A stretch of DNA of 64,000 nt, taken from positions 22,224 through 86,223 of the forward strand of contig LSSJ01000002.1 of the NCBI GenBank assembly GCA_001595785.1, in the 5' to 3' direction. The stretch is from Euryarchaeota archaeon SM23-78 (GTDB lineage Archaea; Nanobdellota; Nanobdellia; Woesearchaeales; SM23-78). The notes below the pieces were generated by a model that saw only the letters and a program-made list of their open reading frames with translations, did not search any database and was not told the DNA's origin. This document shows positions 51,045 through 62,600 of this stretch, piece by piece (the stretch's first letter is position 1; every line of letters begins with the position of its first letter). A program made the translations under genes and the position numbers.

Positions 51045-51977
51045 CTATGGCACTTCTGCTGCAAACACCACAGTCCCATTGCATATGCCAAAGGGATTGG
51101 TTGTTACGTTTACGTGAAGCCCCCAATATGTAGAATTGATTTCTTGCTGAGTGTCATCTGTTTGCTGGGGAATTGTAAGACCATCAAGATAATCAGGGGC
51201 TCCTGTTATTGGGGTCATTGTAGCATACGGTGTTGCTGAACTCAAATCCCACCTTTCATTAGATATGCTGATATTTCTAATTGCACAAATCATTGCTAAA
51301 CCAGCTCCTGTTATGGAATCATTTCCTCCAAAACCAAAAACAGATACATTGATATCCATGTTCCCAAAGTTGGTAATATTAGCTTCTACAGCTGTTGTTG
51401 TGGTATCATCTACTGCCATGTTTCCAAAATCTATGACGCTTGTAACATTAAGAGCATATAATATATCTATGCTAGAATTACCATAATCATTATCTGTATT
51501 ATTGTCACTGTCTTTTACTGTTACGTTTATTTCCCAAGTACCGTTATTTGCATAATACAAAACATCAAATGCGCATGTCCAGTTAGCATAATACCCATTA
51601 GCATTATCTTCTGAGCAGCTAGTGTTGGTGTAGTGAGTGTTATTATCATCTGGATCACTTGATTCGTTTAGATAGTAATAAAAGGTGCCATTAGTGGTAT
51701 TAATCGTGCTTCCACCATCATAATCACGGATTTCAACTAGACATACCACTGTTCTAGTGGATCCTGCATTAAGAGTAATGGTTGTGTCATTATTACAAGT
51801 TACATTAAGAATTTCTGGATAAGCACCACTCACATTAACTGTTGTACGCACACTTACATTCTCATAATTACCGCTAGGACCCCAGCTAAGAACTGATGGA
51901 ACCAGGTTGTAGAGATATAATAATGATAGAATGAGTACTACTATTATTACAGGTAACGACTTATTTTTAGTCCACAT
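51045..51977 (-). CDS. Secreted family B subunit B2
   Basis: Close paralog of 40609-41595. Own BRE-TATA and RBS AGGAG. Confidence 0.8.
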   Translation of the reverse strand: MWTKNKSLPVIIVVLILSLLYLYNLVPSVLSWGPSGNYENVSVRTTVNVSGAYPEILNVTCNNDTTITLNAGSTRTVVCLVEIRDYDGGSTINTTNGTFYYYLNESSDPDDNNTHYTNTSCSEDNANGYYANWTCAFDVLYYANNGTWEINVTVKDSDNNTDNDYGNSSIDILYALNVTSVIDFGNMAVDDTTTTAVEANITNFGNMDINVSVFGFGGNDSITGAGLAMICAIRNISISNERWDLSSATPYATMTPITGAPDYLDGLTIPQQTDDTQQEINSTYWGLHVNVTTNPFGICNGTVVFAAEVP

Positions 51978-52095
51978 AGTGGCTAGTCTCCTATTTTTTA
52001 CTCTCTACTCTACTACACCAATTAATACACTTGCAAGCATATTAGTATAGCTTTATGTATATCTGTAGCATAACAAGTATATAAATGTTTCGATT

Positions 52096-54879
52096 TTAAG
52101 AAGGCTTCTTAGTTTCAACTATTTTATCATAAAGCGTATTCATCTCAAAATTAACCTTTAACCTATGCTTAAGATTAAGCTTTGCATGAGAGTAATGAGA
52201 AAGGGCTTGAGAATAATTTTTATAAGCATTATCAATATCACTATGCTCTAATCCCTCATAAGCTTTCTGGATAAAGCCAAGAAGAATATCTAAATCTGAT
52301 TTTGAAACAGAAACTATTGTTCTTACTTCAGACACATTATCAGATCTTTTAACAGGAACTTTTAATTTTCTCAATGATTGTTGTTCTTGCATATCAATGT
52401 TTTCTATTATCTCTCTCTCATACACACTCTGTGTTTTCAAGAAAACAAAGTAATAGATTATGAGAGCTATTACTATGATAATCCCAATAGGAACCAGAAC
52501 CATCTTTGTTAAAGAGAACCCCTGTTTTTGCTTAGCAACAGCTTCTCCAGTAATCTGGCTTGAAGCATTTAATTTCTCTTCTGACAAAACATTAAGGAAT
52601 TCATCAATATCATAGAGCAGGATTGTTCTTATCATCTGTAGCTGGTTAAGGTCTTTTTCACTTAGAGTAGTGTATCTTACCTCAGAATTCTCTAGCTCTC
52701 TTAACAACCAAAGAACCCCTATTGTATTAAGCTCACTAGGAGTAGTTGTAAATATTATTTCTGATATCTTTATAACGTCTTTTGGAATAAACTCTTGGAT
52801 AAGTATTCCTCTGAGTTCTTGAGGAGCTAACAGAATTTCTTTTATCAAGGTTATCTTTTCACTTTCTTTATACTCATACTCTATCTCATAGCTTATTAGG
52901 TCTTGAAGTATTCTAACTTGTTCTTGCAAGTTTCTTGTTCTAGTATAGTATTCTCCTCTTTGCTCTTGAGTTAAGACTTTGTTTTTAAGATACTCCTCTA
53001 CTGCTTTTTGTACAAGGCCTTCATCAACAATTTGCTCTGTTTGTACCTTGCTTTTTATCTTAACCTCTTTTATTACGTCCTTCTGATACTCTGCTATTTT
53101 TTTACTTATCACAGCTATTTTTGTGTTCAGCTCGTCTTTGGTTAACTTGGTTTCACGATAGGTTTTTAGCTCTCCAACAAGGGTTTGTATCTTATTCTTG
53201 ATCTCTTTTTGCTTGCTTACTAGTTCTTGCTCATTGATGATTTGTAAGAGGTCCTGGTCTGTTGTTTCTTCCAGTTCTGTGATTTTTACTTCCAGGTTCT
53301 GAACCATCTTCTCAATATGAGCTATGTTGGTGTTTATTATTGCTAGAAGTTCAGGGTCTTGTTTAAATCCTGGCGAGGCATTCTGATATTCTGTCATTAT
53401 AAACTCTTCTTCTGAGAGTGGGCCTTGGTTTCCTGCTTGGTCTACTGCGCTTATCCTGTAGAAGTAGCCTATCTTATTGGTTACATCTGCATCTAGGTAA
53501 TATGTTTCTTGGGTTGTGGTCTTTAGATCTGATTTGTCTGTGTTTCCTGTGACTGACCTGTAAATCTTAAAATGGTCTGTTTCCTCTCCCTCATAATCCC
53601 ATGAGATTTTTATTTTGTTATTTTCATTGAGCAATCGGATATATTTAGGTGCTCTAGGAGGAGTTGTATCTAGCAAGGCTAATTTCCCGCTGGTTATCTC
53701 TGTGCCTGTTGTTCCTTTTGTATCCTTACCAGTGTATAAGAACTCGCCTACCTCTTCTCCTATATTTTCAGGTATTATTAAGTATCCTTCCCAGTTTTCT
53801 GAGCTTCCTTCAAGGGGTACATTTATGATTTTATTTCTGTATTTTAGTTTAAGATCAGGGGTTGGGCTTAAGGGTTCTGAGGTTGTTAGACTTACTTCAT
53901 ACGTTCCTTTCCTGAGTGCTTTGTAGGAATTATTTTTATGCACACTTATTGATGCTGTTGGAGGGAGATTTAGTTCTAGGTTTAAGGTTATTGTGGGGTT
54001 TTTGTTTTCTAGCTGGTCTTTACAACTCAGATAATATGCGTTTATTCCTTCTATTAGGCTGAGGGGTTGTTCGTGTAAGGTGCCTCCTGTGGTCTGGAAC
54101 TGATTATCCAGATAATTATATTCTTCGTTGGTTTTACCCCATTTGCATATGGCTATTTCATTGGTATTAAATCTTAGGGTTATTTGTGCTTGGGTTACTG
54201 TGCCTGTTGGTTGTACTTTTGATATTTTGGGCGGAGTTGTATCTACTTTAAAGCTTATATTCTGGCTTTGCCCTACGTTGTTTTCAGGGTCTTTACATTT
54301 TACATAAAAGAAATATTCTGCATCTCCAAAGCTTCTTAAAGCTGTATGAATGGTTCCTTTTCCAGTGAATATAAACTTCATAGAGTCATGGCTCACATCT
54401 GCTTCATCATATTTACAAGTTGAATTTTCATTGGTTATTGCTTTGAGTTCTATTAGATTGTAGTTCAGGATTCCTTGTGGTCGGGTTTCTATTATTTTGG
54501 GGGGTATTGTATCCTGCACTAGGAAGGTGTTTGTGTAGTTCTTTGTTTCATTCAAAAGGTCCTTTGCATATATTTTGTAGATATTTGTTCCTTTGTGAGC
54601 TGGTATCCAGGAATATTTGTAGTATAAATCTTCTTTTTCTAGGGTGTGGTTATTTTCATCAAATTCTATGAGGGTTTGGGTTATGGTTGTGCTGCTTGTT
54701 ATGCTAAGTATTATTGTTTGGATGTTGCTATATTCTAAGGGGTCTGTCTGACTTATTAGTTGGATTTGTGGTAGTGAACTGGTTAAAGGTATTACTAATA
54801 TTAAAATGAAAAAGCTTAGCATTAAAACAAGGTTAGCTTGTTTTTGCTCTTTTTTGTTTGTTTTTGTGTTTTTATTCAT
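52096..54879 (-). CDS. Membrane-anchored surface protein (Ig-like repeats, FN3, coiled coil, TM, cytoplasmic tail)
   Basis: Signal peptide, T.E...C..(Y/W) Ig repeats, FN3 (ISW...F.IYRS...Y.YRISAVD.AGN), ITG.AV-TM. Confidence 0.8.
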   Translation of the reverse strand: MNKNTKTNKKEQKQANLVLMLSFFILILVIPLTSSLPQIQLISQTDPLEYSNIQTIILSITSSTTITQTLIEFDENNHTLEKEDLYYKYSWIPAHKGTNIYKIYAKDLLNETKNYTNTFLVQDTIPPKIIETRPQGILNYNLIELKAITNENSTCKYDEADVSHDSMKFIFTGKGTIHTALRSFGDAEYFFYVKCKDPENNVGQSQNISFKVDTTPPKISKVQPTGTVTQAQITLRFNTNEIAICKWGKTNEEYNYLDNQFQTTGGTLHEQPLSLIEGINAYYLSCKDQLENKNPTITLNLELNLPPTASISVHKNNSYKALRKGTYEVSLTTSEPLSPTPDLKLKYRNKIINVPLEGSSENWEGYLIIPENIGEEVGEFLYTGKDTKGTTGTEITSGKLALLDTTPPRAPKYIRLLNENNKIKISWDYEGEETDHFKIYRSVTGNTDKSDLKTTTQETYYLDADVTNKIGYFYRISAVDQAGNQGPLSEEEFIMTEYQNASPGFKQDPELLAIINTNIAHIEKMVQNLEVKITELEETTDQDLLQIINEQELVSKQKEIKNKIQTLVGELKTYRETKLTKDELNTKIAVISKKIAEYQKDVIKEVKIKSKVQTEQIVDEGLVQKAVEEYLKNKVLTQEQRGEYYTRTRNLQEQVRILQDLISYEIEYEYKESEKITLIKEILLAPQELRGILIQEFIPKDVIKISEIIFTTTPSELNTIGVLWLLRELENSEVRYTTLSEKDLNQLQMIRTILLYDIDEFLNVLSEEKLNASSQITGEAVAKQKQGFSLTKMVLVPIGIIIVIALIIYYFVFLKTQSVYEREIIENIDMQEQQSLRKLKVPVKRSDNVSEVRTIVSVSKSDLDILLGFIQKAYEGLEHSDIDNAYKNYSQALSHYSHAKLNLKHRLKVNFEMNTLYDKIVETKKPS

Positions 54880-54943
54880 TTTGTTATCTATTAAAGTTGT
54901 AGCGTTCTGAGGGTTTTATGTCTAGCTTCATTGATTAAGGTAA

Positions 54944-55099
54944 TTATGGTTTAATCTTAGCTAGAACTCCTTTGTCTTTCTCTATTTCTTTCTCTATTGC
55001 TTTTGCGAGGTACTCGTTCAGAGTTTTGCCCTTCAGAACGCTTATTATTTTGGCCTTTGCATGTAATTCCTTGTCTATTTTTATGTTAACTGCTTTCAT
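54944..55099 (-). CDS. 51-aa ribbon-helix-helix DNA-binding protein (not in ORF track)
   Basis: Read directly: MKAVNIKIDKELHAKAKIISVLKGKTLNEYLAKAIEKEIEKDKGVLAKIKP*. GAGGT upstream. Confidence 0.7.
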   Translation of the reverse strand: MKAVNIKIDKELHAKAKIISVLKGKTLNEYLAKAIEKEIEKDKGVLAKIKP

Positions 55100-55334
55100 T
55101 CATTTACCTCACAGGTTTGTTTAGTAGCTTTCTGGCTACTTCTTTAGCTCTGAATCGCAAAGTTTAAATATTTTTCTATCTAAATATATAAATATTATAA
55201 TATATAACTTATTAAAATAAGTTTAGTAATTTTAATAAGTTCAATAAGTTCATCTGGGTTTAGGGATTCAGAAAGATTTATATAGGGCTGAATTAGAGGA
55301 TATAAAAAGGAAAATTAGGGATATATCCACAAAA

Positions 55335-56594
55335 ATGACTAGGTGGGTGGTTTTGCACCAAAATAGCAACAAAAAAGGATTCTGTATATTACTCATCTTA
55401 GGGTTAAGTGCTTTTTTAATCCTAAATTCCTTAATGGTAGAGGGTGCTGTAATAGGAGCAAACAAAGGAGTTATTGGATATAAAAATGTATTAAAGAATG
55501 GTTATGCCCAGGAACTGGTGACCCTAACCACTGACACTGATTTCAATCTTAGTGTTACCTATACCATTGACGGCGAGATTACTGAATGGATAAGATTAGA
55601 GCCGTCTAAACAGCCATTTTTCATCAGTAAAGACATGCCTGCTGTTATAGCTATTATTGTTGAGCCTCCAGAAGATGCAAAGAATGAGCATTACACAGGC
55701 GCTGTAAGGTTTCTCACAGGAGCTCTTGCAGGTCCTCAAGGTCAGTTTGGAACTACTGTAAGGGCTGCTATTAATATTCGGCTAGGCGTTGATATTACTG
55801 GTCAGGAAATTGTTAGTTGCAGTGTTGGTGGTTTTAATCTTAATGATGTAGAAGAGGGTTATCCTTTGGAATTCTATGCTGTTGTTAATAACAGGGGTAA
55901 TGTGCGTATCAAACCAGAGTTCATTCTTGAGTTTTGGAATCAAGATCAATCTGAACTGGTTGAAACCTTCACCTTTACAATTAATGAAAGCATCCTGCCC
56001 ACTGTGCAGAAAAGGATATTCCAATCCCTAAAACACAACCTTGACATAGGTCAGTACTGGGTTAGGATAAAAACTCCTTTGTGTGGAACTGCTGGTTCTG
56101 GATTTATCACCACGAGCGTGATTGAGCGGGGAGGTGTGAGTGATAAAGGAGAGCTTATCAGAATCGATAACAAGCCATGGGTAAAGGTAGGTGATATTGT
56201 TCCTATTGATGCTGTCTTTAAGAACCTTGGCTCCAGAGTTGTGAGTGCAAAGTTCAAAGGCACAATCGCCTCTGGGGATGAGATTTTTAAGATTATTGAC
56301 ACTGATGCCCTTGATGTTCTCCCCGGTGAAACAATAAAGCTAAGAACCTATTTCAATCCTGTACAAGAAGGCCAGTACATGATTACAGGTAGGGTTCTGT
56401 ACAATAAAAAGCTGACTTTTGAAAAGAGTTCTGTGCTTAATGTTAATCCAACTGGTGAGCCACCTCTGGCTAAAGAAGGGTTTAACTGGAGCATCCTCTT
56501 AATTATTCTAATTATTATAATCATAATCCTTGTTGTCCTGGTTTTGAGAAGAAAACACTTGATGAAAAAAAGACCAAGGCATAGGCATAGATAG
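55335..56594 (+). CDS. DUF916/DUF3324 (WxL-interacting protein)-like membrane-anchored protein, three Ig-like domains
   Basis: Signal peptide, V.PP.DA....Y.G.V, VNN.GNV.I.P....ILP...R.....G.Y motif, C-terminal TM and basic tail. Confidence 0.6.
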   Translation: MTRWVVLHQNSNKKGFCILLILGLSAFLILNSLMVEGAVIGANKGVIGYKNVLKNGYAQELVTLTTDTDFNLSVTYTIDGEITEWIRLEPSKQPFFISKDMPAVIAIIVEPPEDAKNEHYTGAVRFLTGALAGPQGQFGTTVRAAINIRLGVDITGQEIVSCSVGGFNLNDVEEGYPLEFYAVVNNRGNVRIKPEFILEFWNQDQSELVETFTFTINESILPTVQKRIFQSLKHNLDIGQYWVRIKTPLCGTAGSGFITTSVIERGGVSDKGELIRIDNKPWVKVGDIVPIDAVFKNLGSRVVSAKFKGTIASGDEIFKIIDTDALDVLPGETIKLRTYFNPVQEGQYMITGRVLYNKKLTFEKSSVLNVNPTGEPPLAKEGFNWSILLIILIIIIIILVVLVLRRKHLMKKRPRHRHR

Positions 56595-56637
56595 TTGCCA
56601 GGAATATAGTTACTAGAAAAATTTTGGAGTGGTGTAG

Positions 56638-59600
56638 ATGCGCATAAGATTTTTTGTACTTAACATTTTTATAATTCTAATCATATTTCTTAGTCTAAAC
56701 CTTGTTATAAGCGACTCAGCACTTTCTTTGCCGCCTCAGCCACCCCCCCTGTCTGTTGACAAAGATATTTATCAGGTTGAAGAAACTGTTGAACTGAATA
56801 TTAATATTGACCCTTTAGAGTACCATTTATATGAGCTTCATATCTATGCGCATAATAATAGTTATACATACAAAGGAGACTTTAATCCTATAATGTTCTT
56901 CTATCCTACAGAAGAAGGTATCTACACCATTGCCCTGGTTGATTTCTCAACCAGGGCCACTTTTTATTCCCTGGATTTCAGAGTGGGTAGAGAAGAAGAA
57001 GGAGGTGTTGGTATTGATGTGCATGATCCAGTACAGTCGTTTCCAGAGCCAGCACAACAAGGCCAAGAATTTCAGGTTAAGGATGTTCCTGATAACATCC
57101 CTAACAGAATTATATCAGTCTCAACTGACAAAGATGAATACACAAGCGGAGAGAATGTACGTATATTTGTAGAAGGAACAGACGGGATTAATGGTAATGA
57201 CATAAACTTGTATCATTCGTTCAACGGAGTCTCAAAGAGGTATATGGGCGACTTAAAATATATTAACTTTATACCTCAAGGAATAGGAAGTCATGAGTTA
57301 ATCTTAGAAGATGTCCAGAATAATATTAAATACATATATAATTTTGAAGTAAAAAGAGGTATTGCAAAGAAAATTTTAAAGGCCATTAACAGCAGAGGTT
57401 ATGAGGAAGAAGTTGATTTGGAAGTCTTAGATGAAAATCAAGGTCTTGCTTCTGTTGAAATTACTCCTAGAAAAAGAATTCTTAAAAAGATAAGCCTTAA
57501 AAACTTAAAGATAGGTGAGAACCTAAGCCTTGGCATCGAGGAAATAGCACTTCAGAGAATCAGGATTAAGCAGAGAAATGTGGTAAAAGCATTTGCTCTT
57601 GACCCCAGCAAACTCGAGTTTGAGAATGGAACAGCAACAGGAGTTGCTAGCGGCAGCGAGCTCTGGAAGTGCAAGGACTGGGACTTTGATAACCAGCAGT
57701 GCCTTGGTACCTGGCAAAAAATAATGGACTTAGTTCCAGGACAGGAGTATGTAATAGATGTAAGTGCTTCAGATCCTGGATATGCAGAGACAGGAGTTGC
57801 TAGCATTAACACCAAAAAGCCGGTCTATCATCCTGGCGAAACATCAGAATTGATTATTGTAGTGCTTGACACTGCTGGTCACCTGGTTTCTGGAGCAAGT
57901 GTTAACCTGGATATTACTGCTCCTGACAATAGTGTTTATTATTTTTCAACTTCAAATACTTCAAATAATTGGAATAATAAAATTATTGAAACAGATAAAG
58001 GAGTGTATGAAGCAAGTTTTAACAATACTAATTTGGAAGGAAACTATTCCTTGGTTGTTAGGGCAATAGAAAGCAATGTTAACAGTACAATTTTCTCTTA
58101 TTTCACTGTCAAAGCTTTCTATGAATTTGATATTATCAGGGATACACCTGTCACAACTGATCCTTGGAGAGGAGCTTTTATTTCTAGTATTAGTTTAACA
58201 TCCTACTTGCCTGCTCCTGGTTTTAATTTTACAGAAGTGCTTCCAAGCAGTTTTACTATAAGCAATCATGGAGGAGCAATGAGAACTGAGAACAATGAAA
58301 AAATATATTTGACTTGGACTAATCTAAACAATAATTCTGTTGTTAGTTATTCTGCAAGACCACCTCTTGTTACTCCTGAGCTTTATGAACTAGGACCTTC
58401 ATATGTTGATTATTCATCTGGTATTTTTTATGAAGCAAGGCCTTGGTACCTGGCAGTTGACCCTACTGCTTATTATGATCCTGAATCAAATGTTCAACAA
58501 GGATGGGATGATGGAACTGGTACTGGCTATGACCAGGTTAATAATAGTGTAAGGTATCCTAACACAGTAGGCATGACTTATAATTACATATCTGCCAGGG
58601 GAAATGACGCTACTTATGCAGAATTTGGTTTTGATAATATAACACAGACCCCTAGATATATAACCCTATGGATATATGCCAACACTACTAATTGTGGTTT
58701 CTTAGCTTATCTGCAGCAAGGAGGAACAACAAGAGGCACTATTGATGTAAACCCAAGCACTAGTCTTAACTGGTTTAATTACAACTGGACTGCTCCTTCT
58801 GGAGATTATAGTGTTATGACTGTTGAGTTTTATCAGGACAGCAAAGGAGGAGGAGGCCCTGGATATTGCTATGTTTATGAGGCTTATCTTGAGGTTGCTT
58901 ATAATAATCCTCCTAATATTACTGCTCTTACTTATCCTGTAGATGGTGCTAATCTTTCCTCAGGTACCAATGTTGATTTTAACTTCACTGTTTATGACGA
59001 GGAAGACCCTGTTAAGAACTGCACTTTGTGGGGCAACTTCACTGGAACCTGGGCAGCTAACAAGACTGTTTATGATGTGGATGTTGATACTGAGAGCAAT
59101 ATCACTATTAATTTACCTGATGGAAGTTTTATCTGGAATATTAACTGTACTGACAAGTTCGGTGACTGGGATGAATATGAAACTGACTACAGAGTAAGGG
59201 TAGATACTACTTATCCAAAAATTGATTTTTCCAGTGGCACTGAGCCCAACGGCACTTATGCTAACAGGAACTGGATATATGTTAATGTGAGTGTTAATGA
59301 GAGCAATGAGAAGAATATTACTTTCAGATTATATAATGTATCTGGAGAGGTTAATATCAGTACTTATACAAATGGTAGGAGAAATATTAACTTCACCAGC
59401 CTTGACTCTAACACGAAGTACTGGTACAATGTTACTGTGTGCGACCACTTTGGCTGGTGCAACTCAACAAGTACCAGAAAGATTACTCTTGATAGCACTT
59501 ATCCTGCTATTAATTACTCCACTGGAACAGAACCAAACGGAACACACACCAACAGAAACTGGATATACATAAACATAACAGCCAACGAAACCAACGAAGC

Positions 59601-62600
59601 CAACATAACCTTCAGACTCTACAACACCACAAGCCCAGTAAACATCACCACCTTAGGACCAGGAAACAGAAGCATCAACTTCACCAACCTAGACTCAAAC
59701 ATAAAATACTGGTACAACGTAACCATAACAGACAAAGCAGGAAACCAAAACACCACAGAAACCTGGCAGATAACCTTGGATTCAACTTATCCTTTTATTA
59801 ATCTTAATAATCCTGGAAATAATACTTTTATTAATTATGATATGGTGGAGTTCAACTACACCCCTATTGACACTTATCTTGACACCTGTATATTATATGC
59901 TAATTTCACTGGTCCTTTTGGCCCTAATGAAACAGAACCCATTCCTATAAATGGAAGCATAAATACTTTTGGCCCTATTAATCTTAATGATGGAAGATAT
60001 ATATGGAATGTGTGGTGCAATGACTCTGCTGGCAACTCTAACTTTAGTCAGTATAATTATACTATTAAGGTTGATACTCAGAACCCTGTTATTAGTAACT
60101 GGAATACTAATGGAACTAGTTTTGTAATTTATGAGTACATCTGTCTTAATGTTACTGTAACTGACAGCTTTTCTGGAGTACAAACTGTTTATGCTGAGAT
60201 TGAAGACCCAAACACTGATGTTGAGAATGTTAGTATGCTTGATAATGGCGGTGGATGCGATGCAGTAGGCGGAGACAATGTTTATTCGGTTTCTTATTAC
60301 CTTGAATTTGGTGGTAACTACACCTGGCTGAACACACATGCTAAGGATTATGCTAATAACTGGCAGACAAATACAACTAATCTTGAATGGAATGTTACAA
60401 CTACTGGTAGCATGACTGTTAATATGACATATCCTTCTTCTAATCTTGAGATTAATGAGTCAGAATATAATTATCAATATCAACAGACTTGTAATGTAAG
60501 CTGTGATGCAGGAGGAATTAATTGTGAAAACGTGGTTTTATATGCTGAGTATAATCCTAGTGTATTCAAATACATAAACACCACTACTATTGACCTGATT
60601 AATGATGAGGACAGCTTTAGCTGTGGTAACCTCACTGCAGGAGGATCTCCCTGCACTCACACCTTTAATATTACTTCTGGTAGCAACTCTGGAGACAACA
60701 TCTGGCCTATTAGGTGTAGTGCATCATCTACAAACGTGGGTTCATATATTTCGTCAGATGTTAACCTTACTATTAATGACCACCCATTTGTCAACTTTAT
60801 CTATCCCTCAAATAGTAGCTGGCTGGCTGGTGTTGAAATGCTTAATGCTTCTGCAAGCTTTGATTCTGATGGAAGTCTTATTAATTTCTTGTTTGAGTAT
60901 GATAATAACACTGGATTTATATCTCCAAGCACTATTTGTAATGGGCCAGATGAAAATTGCACCTGGAATACTAGTCAGCAAGATCAGTGTGCTAACAATA
61001 GTCTTTCATGTTATTTAAGGCTTACTATAACTGATAACGATGGATTAACTAACAGCACCTATGTTGTGATTGGCTTTGACACTCAGGCACCTACAATAGT
61101 ACTGGGTTTACCAAGAGACTTTGAGAACATTAGTGTAAATCTCTTCACTATTAATGCTAGTCCAACAGATAATCAGTCTGGTGTAGATACTGTGGTGTTT
61201 GAATACAGGCAGAACAGCACTGATAGTTGGCACTTTGTATGCCTTGACAATAGAAGTCCTATATATGACTGTGTGTGGAACCTTACAAACCTGTCTGATG
61301 GTAATACATATGAGTTCAGGGCCTATGCTAATGACTCAAAAGGAAATATTGGTAGTGCTGATGTACACACAAATATTACTGTTGATAGAACAGGACCACT
61401 TATTTATCTTGAGAGCCCAATATATGGTGCGAATTTCTCTAATAACACAATAACCTTTTATTATAATGCTACAGATGCTACTAGTAGTCTTAGAAATTGT
61501 TCATTAGTAATTGATGGAAGCATTGTGAACACCACTCTTTTCCCTGCTGAAGACACCACTCTTAACTTTACTTATAATCTAAGCGATGGCTCATACAACT
61601 GGAGTGTTAACTGCACAGATTTGCTGGGAAATGAGAACAGTTCAGAGTTAAGAGAGATAAACATTGATACTCAGGGTCCTGTTGTTGTTCTTGACAGGCC
61701 TCCTAATTCAAGCATTGTTACTGGTGCGAGCTATGTTGTTAATGCCAGTGTTAATGACCCTGGATTTGCTGAGGTTGATACTGCAACTTTTGAATATAGA
61801 AGGAATAGTACTGACACCTGGCAGCTAATATGCAGAGATGATAGAGATCCTGTGTATGACTGTGACTGGGACACAACTGTTCTGCCAGATGGAGATGAGT
61901 ATGAAGTAAGAGTTTATGCTAATGACACTTTTGGTAATGTTGGCAACATTGATATACATGTAAACATAACAATTGATAATAATAATCCTGTGCTTATCCT
62001 GGTCTCTCCAGAAGATAACTTCACTGACACCGACGGTGACTTGGTGTTTGTTTATAGAGTCTCAGATATTTCTCCTATTTCTAATTGCACCTTGATTATA
62101 AACGAACAGATTAACCAGACAGAGCCCTCAGTGCAGAGGGATGTTGACCAGTACTTCTACTTGTACAATGTGGTTGATGGCTCTCAGTTGAATTGGAGTA
62201 TTAATTGCACAGACTCTATTAATCTTATTAATGCTAGTGAGACAAGAAACATAACTGTTAGTATCAGCGCAAACATGAATCTTAATTTAACCATGAACAA
62301 ATCAAGTTATTATGCAGGGCAAACAGCAGTGATTACACATAATGTTACAGATACTGCTGATGTTCCTATTAGTGGTGTTGATGTTAGCACAGCAATAGTG
62401 TTTGCAAACACCACCATTCCCTGGTGGAATTCCTCGTGGCAGAGAAGAAAGCCTATTAATCTGACCAGCTCACAGGACCTAACTAATGTGATTGTAGAGG
62501 TTAATGTATCTGGACTTGATGGTAACATTTCAAGCTGCACAGATGAGATCAGGATTGCAAGGTTTGACTCAAACAATAATCTGACATCTGTTCCAAGAGC

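Noticed and set aside
59221-59780. Diversity-generating retroelement TR/VR pair (AAC-rich repeat copy)
   Set aside because: Differences between the copies include many non-adenine positions (C/T, C/G). Both copies are in-frame coding, and no reverse transcriptase is in the window.
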